A stretch of DNA of 62,972 bases, counting the filler, from Reticulomyxa filosa (taxonomy: Eukaryota; Protista; Foraminifera): assembly GCA_000512085.1 (NCBI GenBank). It is 15 parts of 15 records of this genome, joined end to end, with 100 filler letters (N's around TTAATTAATTAA, not from the genome) between each part and the next. Parts side by side here need not be neighbours in the genome. Positions count along the whole stretch, not along the records: positions 1 to 28,707 come from ASPP01021653.1; 14 more parts are not named here. One strand, 5' to 3'. The notes under the pieces are model-generated. The model did not search any database and was not told the origin of the DNA. It worked only from the letters and a program-made list of their open reading frames with translations. This document shows, piece after piece, positions 13,501 through 26,743 of this stretch. The number at the start of each line of letters is the position of its first letter. Position 1 is the first letter of the stretch. The translations under genes and the position numbers were made by a program.

Positions 13501-16500
13501 ATCATTGACAATTGCATTGCCATTGCCATTGCCATTGCCATTGCTCATTGACATTGACGTGACCTGCCTTGGCATCATCCAGATTCGAGTCGGGCACATC
13601 CAAAGAGACAATAACATCGAAAAATATTTTGGCATGTCCATAGCCACCTCGAGCCAATTCAGAATAGAACATATGCAAAATGGACTGGAGCACGGTGGTG
13701 TAGTAATGCTTCATCAAATACTTGAGCGAGGGGATGCCTTCTTTTTGTCCGTCGATTGCCCATTGCAACCACGAAGAGCGATGTGCTTCGTTGTCTCCGT
13801 CCTTTGGCAAAATGCCATCTTGTTGAGGCGACAACACCGGACCCAATGCCAACACCGAAGTCGCTGTGCGAAATGCTTGATATTCCAATTGCAATATGCG
13901 CAATCGCAATTGTCTTTCTTGCACTTGGTCAGCCGCTTTATCACGTAGCACTGCGCGTTTATCCCATATACTCGAAACCAGCTGTTTGCCTTCAGGGTCC
14001 TGTCCGCTGCTGCACTGCGACCATATTTTCATCATTTTCAACACGCGCGCTCTTTGTTGGGCGTCCCACAGCTGTTGCATCCATTCCATGTTCTCTGCGG
14101 CTGCGATGGTCGACATGGCCATTCGCAAGGCAAAGGCCACGTTTTCGACTATTCGAGCGATGCAACGGAATCTCTCTGGATCTCCATTGCAATGTTCCAA
14201 CAAATGCTTGTCGTCCAAATCACAACAGAATTGGATGAGTTCTTTGTGTATTCCATCGAGTTTGATTTGATCTTTGCTATTTTCTTTCTCCTTTTCCTTT
14301 TGCTTGTCTTTCTCTTCCTCTTCGTCCTCCTCTTCTTCCTCTTCTTTCTGTTTCTTATTTTTATTCTTATTCTTCTTCTCTTCGACTTGGATTGGGGCCA
14401 ACTCTCGTTCCATCATTCGGATCAGTCTTTCTTTCGAACTGAAGGCCAACACCACGTAGTTGTATATCCACACTCGTCGACAATTGGAATAGAACATTTG
14501 CATTGCTTTCTTTTTTTTTATTCGGCCTTTTGGATGTTGATAGTTGGCTTCGTACCATGCACGCAGCGACTTGAACAGCGGTACCAATCGATTGGAGTGA
14601 GCGCATTGAAGAGTATATAAAATGGTGTTGATGAGTTGAGTGTCGTTGTCATTTGCAAATCGCCAAAATTGAATCCAAATGCTATTGTAAAACTCGACTT
14701 CATTCAATCCATTGTCCTCACTGAATCCGAGTAATGGGATCAATGCTATGCACATACTGCCGAGGACGTCTCTCTCCATTGACTTTTCATCCACACCCAA
14801 CCATTTTTCTTGCAGCAGTATTTCTTGACAGCAATCCACTCGCAAAAATTTCATGTATTCACTGCCCTGTTCGCACAGCGCTTCCATTTTCTCCACAATG
14901 ACATCCATGCACGCGCTATACGGGGTGAAGTCATTTGGGTCGAGCAATGCTCTCCACACTCCATGTGTCGGACTATATCCGCCTGCGTTATTACGATTAT
15001 TGTTATTGGCATTGCTGCCATTGGCTTTGTTGTTATTGTTATTGTCATTGTTTGTGTTGATATTACTAATGCTGGTATAATAGGTCTCCATCTTGTTCGG
15101 TTCAAACTCGCTTGTGGTCAGTTTAATATTGTCTTGATGATTTTTGAATTTGACCGCGGCTCGATACACCATTTCGTCCGAGTACAATTCCAACATTTGT
15201 CCAATTGAAGATGGAAACGACAGTTGTTTTTGTTGCTCCAGTGGTGACTTGTCCACGTAGTAATATCCAATCAACAGTTCCATGGCCTTTTGTACAGACT
15301 GGAGCAGTTCCACACTGGAATGTCGAATGTAAATGTTCGTGTGACACAAAAACGCAAAGGCCAGGGCGTCCAATCGATGCAGTGCCACACACAAGGTTTC
15401 CACTGTTTGTTTCTGATTCACCACTTCCACACGTTTCTTATTCGTCAGATTCACAAACACCATGACTAATTCTACACTTTCCATCCCACACATACACGCA
15501 TGTATACACGCATGTATACATTATGCACATATATATGCAACACAAACAAAATATTTTATCACAAAATGCATTCCAACAACAAGCATTGCAAAACTGGACA
15601 GAGCTTGAATCAATACACTAATGCAAAAAGCTTCGTGGATAAAGAATTGCAAAATGAAGTTGGTTAATTCGGTCAACAGCCGAGGCAACAATATTCTTTT
15701 ACAAGTGTCAATGATTATATCAAAATATACCAATTTTTGCCAACACAAAAAATAAAACAAAGCAAAAAACAAATAAAATGAAATGAAACAAAAGTGAAAC
15801 TTTTCTTGCTTTGCCACTTCAATCAACACGCAAAGAGCGAGTTGCGCAATCTCGTAATCTGGGTGCAACAATAAATATCCAATGTAAAGTTTATTCCCTT
15901 GTTTGGCGTCGGTAAGGATCGACGAAGGACGCAATGCCAATGAGGCACGCAAACACGCTTTTAAGACTTGTAGATATTCTTTACGACTAGTCGCCTTTGC
16001 TTTCTTGACCATTTCTTCCAATGTGTCGAAATCATTGATTTTCTGTCTGGCGTTTAAAACGAATTTGGCAATGCTATTGTTATGTATAAATGCAAGTTTC
16101 AATAAGTCTTGGTTTGTCAGTGATGCATAAGCAGGATGGTGTATAATGGCATCGTCTTGTTTTTTGTCTTCCATGATTTCGTCCACCACACTTTTTTTTT
16201 CTTCTTCGGGGTCGTTTCTGTAGTTCCACCACAGAGAAGAGGCATCATCGCCATCGCCGTCTTGAAACAAGGGCAGTCGATGAAGAGATGGTGATTTCAC
16301 CCGAGTGATGTCAATGGATTCGGGCTTGTCTTTATCTTTATCCAAGCGATAATGAGTTGGTGATACCATCGGTACAGAAGGAGACGAGGTGGATGGAGTC
16401 ACGGTAGTAACGACGTCGCTAAATACCAAAGGTTGTGTGCGTCGACCAATTTTTTCCACGCCAATGAATTGCTCCGCTTGCCACAATATGGTCGGCAAAA

Positions 16501-18926
16501 AATCATTGAGGGTTGACAACAAAGTCGGACTCGGTTGGTGTTGACGAACGAAATTGCCGTCCAATCGCACAATTTCGCTGACGCAGTCCAAGCCCAATAC
16601 AATTTGATCGACTGTCGATTTTCGAACATCAAACAGCTGTGGCAACAGCGTTTGAACCGCGAGTTCCAAGTTTTGGGCGCACAAATGCACAAACACGCAC
16701 ACACATCGATGCCAGTGTCGATGGTACATCGTCTTCAGCGCCTTGCCACGCAAAAAGGCCTTAAACACTACGTGCATATGATTTTTCTTGGCGTTTTCAT
16801 CGTCGTCACTACGTACACTGCTGAGCCAATTGATGGGTCTTTTTTCGTGAAATGGAAAGGGGTTGTTTGTTCCCTCGAAAAGCATTTGCAGCATTTCCAA
16901 TGCGTCTCCGACCTTGTCAGCTTCATCCAAGTGATTCAACACGTGATTTTCCAAAAAGGGTTGAAGCTTTTCGTACATCGAAGTCGGCCCACGCAATATG
17001 ATTGTCAACATTAATAAGTAGCATGCCTTTTTCACGGGACGACCTTTGCCCGAAGTTGATAACTTTCTTACAATTTCAAAGATCTCGTTGAGTACCTTTA
17101 TTTCGTTGGTCTTACGTCCGACAAAATCCATTTGCTTCGCTACATTCAATATCGTTTGCAAATGCGCAATCAACACCTCCTGCGACGTTCGTCGATTCGC
17201 CACTTTCAGATACTCTGCGTGGAAGGTCAGCCAATTCTCTTGGTTGTTCTTGTCCACACGTATGTAACGTAGCATTGCAAAGTACACGGCCGCTTTTCCC
17301 GACATTTGCTGTTTCTCCACACATTCTTCCAACTGACTCTTCAACATCGTTTGAACCTATTTTTTTGTCATTGCAAATTTAATAATGTGCCTTTGGCATC
17401 AATCAATTTCGAGACATTGCAAGCAAGAAAAAGAATGAAAAGCCTTCATAATGGATATGCCAAAGCGAGATTTGCTTAACTTGGGATGAGTGCTCTGTTG
17501 CAGAGACAAGACCAACTATTTTGGCCCATTCCATTGTTGATCGATTTCCATATTCTTCTAGTAGCTTCAATTATCACACACAAGTTAGGGACATATGATC
17601 GAATCGACCAACAAAATAAAATACATATATATATATAAACATATATGTATGTATATGTACATATATGTATGTATATGTGTATATGTATATGTGTATATGT
17701 ATATAGTGTCGTATGTGTGCATTGATTTGGCCCCCAATGGCAAGTAAATACACACAAACAGGAGATTCGTGTTTTCGTTGTGTGGCTCTGTCAATATTAA
17801 ATTTGACGACGTCCATTAACCATTGAACAGTAAGTTCGTCAATCTTCAATATATACACACGTTCTTGATTGGAGATATTATATTGTTTTTTCTCATCGTC
17901 CTCTTCTTCATGTTTATGATTTACCGCCTCACTTTGTTCCATTTTTCTATGTGTCGAAGATCGTATAAAGATCGTTTATATATACATATATGTATATACA
18001 TGCATATACAATATCATGGAGGTGATCATTTATAAACACAAAAAAAAGAATATTTTGTTTAACGATAATATACGAAGAAGCATTCTCGACACGACAAAGT
18101 CGATGATAGGTTCACACATTTCGGCAGTTTTTTTGGACGAATTGTCGTCATTTTTTACAGCAAATTTATTATCATTTTCCACACTGTCACGCTTTTCATT
18201 ATTGCTTTTACCATTCTCATTTTTGCTTTCTGAGCCTCGTTTGTCCTTATTTTTGTCCTCGACATCTCCGGACTTATAGCTTTGATGCTTTTCTGCTACA
18301 TTGCGCACTGGTTCTACACTTCCTCGAAAGATTGGAGCTTGAGGATATTTTTCTTCTATTGCACCAATTACATTGCGGAACGCACTTAATTCACGGACCA
18401 CTCCCTTTTGTTGTCGTTGTTTGTTACTTCGGTTACTACTGCTTTCTTTCATTTCTACACACTAACCACCTTCCTACGGCGGATAGTGCAGTACACTTAA
18501 AAATAAAAAAATATGCTTCGCCATTTTTAAAAAAATTCAATGCAAAAAAAAAAACTTTTGCTTTATTCGGATATGGCAATAGTTCCAACAGCCCTTCGAC
18601 CAAATTTTGGGCAGATTCATTTCGATGTATTTCAGCTTCAAAATTTTTGGCAAAGTTATCAAAAAATGCTCGGTCTGGTAAAAATACGTGCCCTTGGAGA
18701 GCAGTATCCTTTTGATATACCAAATCTGATGTCCAGTTTTTCACGAGTGCATGTAAAAAGTTGCTGAACAAAGTCGTAACATGGTCATTATTTTGCATAG
18801 CAACTTAGACAATAATTTAAAGAAAATAGATTTAACGGGGTCTTTTAAAAAAACTTCGTACTTTCGTAACACTATCCTGTTTGATACATTAAATATTAGA
18901 CTTAAAAAAAATAATCTGTAAACCAT
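7508..18926 (-). CDS. FRY: Furry/Tao3/Mor2-family cell morphogenesis scaffold with a C-terminal RGS-homology domain (many exons; start tentative)
   Basis: Furry-family blocks occur in the expected order: IIDFVVSRMLLRIL; MLRYIRV; LDALAFAFLCHTNIYIRHSSVELLQSV; ALPWFAN; LLNLTLRFG..IWHAV..KNIDDAVRFLI; LPLIMTH; WGMRCLQWAT..IASRALRLY; IFWVALSLL. The 3' exons encode an RGS fold: LSTFLED..LLKYL..LLEFY..AKLIIETFF..LLDKARQEV..VFPEFMTSDRY. Confidence 0.85.
17622..17720. repeat. Intronic (TA)/(TG)/(CA) microsatellites
   Basis: Imperfect dinucleotide runs; similar runs at ~20220-20275, 21147-21200 and 42178-42305. Confidence 0.85.
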
Positions 18927-19213
18927 GTCACTGTTTTTATTCCAATATTAGGCAAGAAACCGGAAATAATTTAAAAACTAAGAAATATAAAATAGAATGC
19001 AGCAGTTTCTGATCCAAAAAATTATGCAATATTTTTAATTTTGTGACAATAATCTACTATGCTGAATAAAACCCCCCTTTTCAATTGGTTTGAAATAGAA
19101 CAGAATACCATAACTCTAAAACTTTTTGGAATGATTACGCAGTAGCCCCACAAATCCTAGGTTTTCACAAAGTCAAAAGGGGAAAATTGATTATATTTAT
19201 TATCTATAAAATA

Positions 19214-22200
19214 ATGAGTTATTCAAACAAAACAAGGGAATCAAATGTGTCAGATCTGTCATGGCAGACAGATTCTGTAACGCAAACTCAGTCTGGCCAA
19301 CGTTATCCAATCTTTGACATTTCGAACGTAGGGGAAGCAATGATGAGTGATAGTAACACATCAGAAGGACAAGAAGGCCTTCCATGTTCAGCATTCGTGT
19401 TTCTTATACTAGTATTATCAATAGTATTCACGGTGTTATTTGGTGTGTTCCTGTCATCCGAAGCTTATGGTAATTGTGTTGTTTCGATTAAAAACAAGTA
19501 TTTTTTTGTTTGCAAAAAAAAAAAAAAAGGCACAGGAAAGCGAATATCATTGAGAACATTACTGTTGATATGTGGGACGGTGCTTCTTATTGGATTGTTG
19601 ATTGTAAACATATTATCTTGCATATCACCGAAATGGTCCATATTTTCGCAAGACCCTTTGGATGCATTGGAGGAAATGGACATATCTCGTGTTTTGAACA
19701 CTCCCGGTGGCGATGATGCCAGTACCATCCAACCATCGAGAGGCTTTTTCGACCGGCTTAATACATCTGCTGCTTCACGCAATGTCGGATAACTGTACCA
19801 ATTAATACATTTATATCTTTGTTTGTATATATGTCCCGTCCTCCCCTTCTCTCTCTCTTTCTCTCCTTTTTGACAATGATCTTTTTGGGCGAATTTGTGT
19901 CAAAAAGAATAGGAGTACGTTTGACAATGACGACCAATACCTCCCTGTCGGTAATGTGGAAGGATCACTCGGAGGAAGGGCGACTGCCGACTTTGTTGCA
20001 AAGCCAATCCGCGACAGAGATCAGTACGCTACTCAATTTTCCAAAGCACCATTCCGCAGTGAATCACTTTCTTCACACGTGCTCAAGAAGCCTTTGTCTT
20101 CTTCCCTTCATCAAGACTTGTCTTTTGGTAAGAACGTGACTGACATATGCATTTATATATTATAACATCTTTTTTTTATTATTATTATTTTATTGTGCAA
20201 GGATAAGTGCAAGAATATTTATATATGTATATGTGTATACATATATATTTATATATATATATATATGTATATATAAAATGAATTTATTGATACAGATGCG
20301 AAATTGGACACTAGTGCATTAAACAATTCAAAGCTTGCAGATGAATACCAATACGCCGGTATGAGCCAAAAGCCAACAGGATTGCACGCAAGTGCTCGTG
20401 GAATGGAACATCGTGCACGTCAAGGAATGGCGCCAAGCGAATGGGAAGCCACACGTCTCATTGCGGATCATGAGCCCTCCGCATGGAGATGGTTTCAAGG
20501 GCAAAATACAATACTAGCTCAACCACTAAAGAAACGCCCTTTTGGTACTAACATTTCGTAACTGCTGTCTATATTATTTGTGTATTTGATTTCTTTTGCA
20601 TTTTATGTATGTATGTATGTGTATGTTTACAAAACCAATAGGCATAAGTGAGCCATTGAGTACAACAGAGAATGTCGATGCAAGTGAGAGCAGCAGGACT
20701 CGTCACTATGACTCAAATCACAAATATCGTTTTCATTGGTCAGCAGGCAAAGAACAGCCTTCGGAATACTCGGGTGCCACACAAAATCCACAGGACATTA
20801 TCCAAACCTTGGGCTCGTTGACGTTGGACAAACGAAACGCTCCTTCCTCTACCATTGCTCCTGCTCCCGTCACAGCCGCTGCTGGTAATGCTCCCATTCC
20901 TTCTGCAAGTGTATTTAAAACCAAAAGGAGAAAGATAACCGAGTTATTGGATCAATCAAAGACATCGACTATTCAAAACTGGGATTTTCTATATTCCGAA
21001 TTAGCACAACAATTGTGTTCTCAGCTTGATATCGGACTTTTCATTCATCAATGGGCTGAGTCAGCAAAATGGGTATCACGCAAAAACGCTTTATTCTTCA
21101 TTTCCAGGGAGTGAGGAGGGGCTTTGCTTTTCGTCGGTGCAAATCAAATACATATACACATACATTTACATTTACATTTACATTTACATATACATATATA
21201 TGAGAAAATTAGTTTTTGACGACGGCTGTGTGCAAAGAAAAATATAATGCTTGGATTGAAAGCAATAAAATGATCGAATCATTGGTGGAGCAATTAAAAA
21301 CATGGTATCCAAAGATGAAAGAAGGATTCAACAAATTGACATCTACCGACAGTAAATCTCATTTTTTGCTGGCCAACTACCGACAAATGCAGCAAGTGGC
21401 CCAAGACACACAGTCTCCGCGAATTCTTGAAGGACTGGAAAAAAGAAAGCAATTACTTGAAAATTTGGAAAAACTAATGAAAAGCAAAACGGTAAGTGAG
21501 GCCAAGACGGATGAATCTCAAGCTAGTGCTTCGCAGCCTCGTGAAAAACAATCTTTGCCATATCAACCAATCATGAACAGAGTAGAAAAGTTTATCAAAA
21601 ATGAGTGGAAGGCTGATGATTTATTAACTCCTTATCCCCATATTGGCAATCTCACCGATGCTGAGATACTGATGCAATTGTTTATTCAACATATGGACGA
21701 TATTTTATTCCCAACCGCTTTGTTTAGTAACAAACATTATTTACAAATTCCTTTGTCAAAGGCCAATGATTTAAAGTTCCTCCAAAAGTCATTTGATGAC
21801 ATTGCTATCGTTTGTGTCACCAATCAGGACACTGAACCACAAGACAAAAACAATGACAGGTACTTTTTTTTTTTTGGACATTTGGTTGAAACATGCACAT
21901 GCAATGTTACTTGGTTGTTTTTTGAAATCGTACATGCTCACAATAAAACAGCAAGACCACAAAGACACCTTTCTTGCCTTATTATTTTTTGATATTTGAT
22001 CTAGCTTTAGTAGAAAAATCACCTTTCAAAAGACTCGCGTCAACGATTACTACTACTGATAAAAAGGCTGTCGGCACATGGTACGTGCAACCAGGTAATT
22101 CAAACGTATTTTATTGCATTGCGTTGCTTGCTTTTTTTATTCATCGGGTTTTAAAGGGCCATTTGGATGGAATTAACTTGCAACAGAATCCATTTTTGAA

Positions 22201-22289
22201 AACTGTGCTGTCATATAATTTTTTTAATGTTTTCTATTAATTGGATGGAACTATTTATTTTTTTGGCCAACCAAACTCACAGCCGATAA
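19214..22289 (+). CDS. TMEM209: TMEM209/PNET1-like nuclear envelope / nuclear pore membrane protein (multi-exon)
   Basis: Two N-terminal TM helices and an S/T/P-rich linker precede the C-terminal motifs LTDAEILMQLFIQHMD and GNSNVFYCIALLAFFIHRVLKGHLDGINL. These match TMEM209 (TDSAIIMHVFCTYLD; GRNNMFHTLLMFLY..GMLGRVNL). The stop is either 22240 or 22289, depending on a last intron. Confidence 0.8.
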
Positions 22290-23102
22290 CGTACCAATGA
22301 AAACTTGTTTGTTGTTAGTACAAATTTTTCAGTATTTACTTGAAACACGAAGGCAAATCAAGAACAATAGAATTTTAATATTCTTTTAGAAACATATTCT
22401 ACGATCGTTAGTCACTGAAAAATGAAAAACTATTTTCTTGGAAACTTGAAATAAAAAATTTAAACTGTACATTGTGCAAAATATCTCACAAATAATATTT
22501 CTCGTGACACAGCTTTTTTAATTTCTTGTGATCGTTGTTTGGGCAAAGTTACAAATTTCAACAAAAACGAAAACTCAAAAGAAAAAGAAATTTTAAAAAA
22601 CCAGAATCGAAAACAAGACTATCCAGAGTTTTATGCTATATAAAAATAAGACAAAAATATGTATTGTTTTTTAATTTACAAAACATTTAACCAATAAAAA
22701 ATATATCAAAAAACATTGCCAAGATCCTCTCACTTCAACAGTGAACAAGTGAGAATCACTCTTTATCAACAGTAACAATTAATTACATTTTGGTGATGAT
22801 TTGTTAAACGTTCAAATCGCAAATTGTGCGTACATAAACTTTCGGATATTTTTTCGACAGATGTAACAAAAATGTACATCATCCAGCCAAACTTATTGAC
22901 AAACGAAAAAAGTGAAGGCAAAAACCGGGAAAGAGTATAGACAAATAAGGATAAAAAATAGTTAAAACACTAATAATCTTTTATTTAGTCGAACAGATCG
23001 CTTCCACAAAAAAAAAAAGCAATCGTTTAACTAACTTCAAGAAAATTGAACCAAAATGTAAGGTGCGATTTTTGTTTGTGCCTTCCTCCTTCGTTCTTTT
23101 CT

Positions 23103-24630
23103 TTATTTGGATGAACCTGAAGCAGTGATTGTCTCAATAGTAGTGTCGTCGCTACTTCTCGATACCCTAGTATCCGTAGGAATAGGTAACAAGGCAGGTT
23201 TGCTATCACCTGCTTCTTCGGTGCTCTGATTGTTTTCATCTTTGGTAATTTTGTTGGTGTCCGTTTGCGTTTCAGGTTCGTCATTACTCTCGACACTTGG
23301 TTTGTTTTCTGTGTCTTGGGGCTCAGTCCATTTCAAATTTATACAACTTGAACAGCACTGCGAACAAAAGAGCCCAACACAAAATTGTTGCATCTTTGGA
23401 AAGCATAAGCAGCCAATCATCTTGTCATACAGTGCACTTTGAGATTTGAACGACAAAAAAATGCTACACCCCTCAACACAACAGCACATTTAAAAAATGT
23501 ATGTTATGTCATAATTTTTTTGTAATTTAAAAAAAATTTCAAAAAATTAACCAAAAAGCATTGATACAGCTATCAATAACTCCAGACAGTGTAGGATAGA
23601 TAAGCCATAAGGAGAAACCCAAAATCAATGTAGCAAACGCACAAATGAAGGACAAAATGGTCATTTTTAGCATCAATTGAAGTAAGTCTCCAATATAAAT
23701 GTTCCCGCGGACATTTATTTGCATGTTTTTGCCATTTATCGACACCAGTTTCTAGCATCACACAAAAAAGAAATGTATACGTTTGATTGCACAAAGGCCA
23801 TTTTACGTATACTAAAAAAAATTTTTGATATTTTTAAGTTGTGAATAAATACGTAACGGTCAGACGGGCCAATTGTAACAAAAACAAGAACCAACACGAA
23901 AGCGACCATCCACTGTCAAAAGACGCACCGATCAAGATAATAGTAGAAGTATTAGAGCTCACTTTCATTAACTGGCATTGTTTTGGAGTGGATATTGTTC
24001 CCAAATTGCTCAGGTCAACATACAAAAAATACATATAAAAAGCACCAATGATTGCCATTCCCCCAAAAAACAGTCCTGTCACAAACAATAGCCATTTGAC
24101 TGGAATCGCGTATACACTTTCCTTGAAACACGAGTGGATGCTATTTTTTATCGTGCGCAAATTATTGAAGGGTGCGTAGTTTCCTCCTTTGTAAGGTGCA
24201 TAAAGGACTGCATGCTTTTACCAAAAGCAAAAAGGGATAAGAAAAATACTGAAGGATTTTGTTTTTTTGTTTACCGATAGGTGAATAAACAGTACATAGA
24301 CAATTTGCCACCCATAAAAAAAGCAATTCCGTAAATTTCCACAGCGCAAGTCATTGTAAAGTATTTCACTCCTGCATAATATGCCGATTTCCATATGGCT
24401 AATATTGCCATCATCGTGCAGTATAACGCAAAGCAAGACAGCGCAACCAACGACACTATTTGGGTCTCGCGATTCATTAACTTGTCCTGGTCCCTTTTTG
24501 TCATTCTTCTTGGCTGTTTCTTCAAGTTGACGAGATTATACGTATGAATTGTGACCATGACAAGGGCTAAGACGGCACAAATACAAATGATTATTGTAAA
24601 GGAATGTATAATCGAAGAGATTGACACCAT
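23103..24630 (-). CDS. Seven-transmembrane GPCR-like receptor (4 or more exons)
   Basis: About seven hydrophobic segments lie across ORFs 24271-24630, 23834-24160, 23539-23745 and 23103-23489. TM3 ends in YCLFTYR and is followed by F..SVYA. The tail has a Cys-rich stretch and then a polar S/T/E-rich region. Confidence 0.7.
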
Positions 24631-24892
24631 CCTTCCCGTTTTCTCTCATAAAATGTCAACAAAAAAGGTGAGTTCTCCGTTCGTCAGTAATCAGCTTTAT
24701 ATTACCAGAAAACTTGGCAATCTCTTGAATAAAAATAAAAAAGCGCGTATTGAAAAAATTGTTTAAATCATCTTTCCGAATTTTTGATTGGATAATGTGC
24801 TGATGACTTTTTTTTACTAGTGACAGCCAATTGCGAGTTAAAATATAAAGATTTTCGTTTTTACTTTTAAAAGTTTATATAAAATTTTCGCA

Positions 24893-26546
24893 TTAATTTT
24901 GTTGATAGGCAGAACGCACGATATCTAACAAAATATCATCATTGTCCATCAAAATATTTTGCTCAACATCGTCTTGTTCATTTCTATCTTTTAAAATAAG
25001 CATTTGTCCATTTTGTAAGAGTGTTGCCAATTCATCTTGAAATTTTTTATGAACAATTTGAAACTCCATCACCGTCTTGGGCTTCTCTTTTTTCCAAAAT
25101 TCGTTGAACAAGACGAAATAAGAGCCTTTTTTTTTCCCCCCCCCCCCCCCCACCGCACAAAGACATTTTTTTTTTGTTAAAATGAAGGAAAAGAATATAT
25201 AGCAAAACAAAAACAAAAAAAACGCAACTGAAAAATTGGAAAACAACAGACAATCTCAATTCATCGATATGGTGGCATTGAAACCCAAATGCTTGTTCAA
25301 ACTCGTCAGCATAAGAGGATGTATCTTCACGCTTGTCGCGACGCGGAGAGGTTTGACTTTGTTGTTGCAGTAGGGCGTTTGTCTGTAAATATTGGTACCG
25401 TTTCAAAAATATGCCGTCATGACTTGTCGCAATATGTTGTAGAAACCATTGACAAACAAGTCGATTGTGATCATTCCAGCAAGGTAAGGGCGTTGTTTTT
25501 TTAGCATTAATAAAATCATTGATACTACACCCAACAAATAATTGATACGTCGCAAATGTGAAATTGATTCCAGTGATAAAATAAGAAAACCAATCATTTG
25601 AACGATCGTGTGCAAGAGTGTCGTATAAAATACGTTGGTTATATTTTTCATACTTTTCACCAAACCACAACACTGCGTTCAGACTCAATAGATCCAGTCC
25701 ACGAAAATCGGATCGAGGTGTTTTTCCTTGAAATCCTATCAACTGCCATCGACTATCACTTTGGAGATTTATCTTTCTTCCATTTTTGTTCCATTTGTTT
25801 TCATATCTTCCAATTGTTTGTTCCCACAGCTTTGTTCATAACAATTACATTTTGATGACGAAGCCAATCAATTCAATAAAAACGCATTCAAAACAATAAT
25901 AAAAAAAAAAGAGGCGAAAACATTAAAAAAGAGTACAATATTCAAAAACGAATCGGAACTAGTTTTTTTTTCAAAAAAAAAAAAAAGGAGAGAGAACTTG
26001 TTCGAGCAGTTTTTGATTGCCCTCGTTTTTGTGGTCAAATCTTTGTAGCGAAATTTCGTTCAAATCACGAGTAATTTCATTCCAACTACTCAAACACAAC
26101 AGGCATTGACGTAGGTTCTCAAGAGATTCACGAGATGACCAAGACTTGATGTTTTTGATTTTTACAATGGCTGATATCTCAGATTCAATGTCCAAGTCTG
26201 GTGTTCGAATTAGCTTTTCGTATGTTGTTCGATATGGCCGGCTTCGTTTTAGATATGAAAGCAACTTCCAAACCATTGGAGCACTAAAAGAGCCTTTACT
26301 TAGGATGCGTTCAATTTCGTGAGTCCCACTTATCCATCGCACTATGTTTCAAACATTTCAATTGAAAGCTTATTTGTCTGCTTGTGGCTGATGCCTCTGC
26401 TTGCTCAAAATTTGTTTGTTTATTTTCTTTGTTTTTCTTCAGACAACTGAACGGAATACTTTGAATATACGAAAAAGCAAGAGAAACCATACAAAAGAAA
26501 ATAATTTATTGAGAATTTGCTCAAATTTTTCTGCTATACCAGCCAT
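24893..26546 (-). CDS. ELMO/CED-12 domain protein (ELMOD-type Arf/Arl GAP), multi-exon
   Basis: The signature WQLIGFQGKTPRSDFRG includes the catalytic Arg. FSYFITGINFT and FNEFWKKEKPKTVMEF are present, and the N-terminal RWISGTHEIERI resembles ELMOD1/2. Confidence 0.9.
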
Positions 26547-26743
26547 TTGAAATGTTTTAAATTTGGGTAGAAACTCCCCCGCAACAGAACAAAACCACAG
26601 TTTACTGCTTTTTAAACTAATTGTTGTAATACTCAACAGAAGATCTCAACTTATATTGGAATATTGTTTTGCTTGAAAGGACTTAGAAAAACTTTTTCAA
26701 TCAATTCTTTGGGCATAGTCTTGTTTTGAAGCATAATAAAAAC

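Noticed and set aside
12110-17324. Many long antisense and alternative-frame ORFs over the Furry gene
   Set aside because: They are shadows of a GC-richer coding strand and have no motifs.
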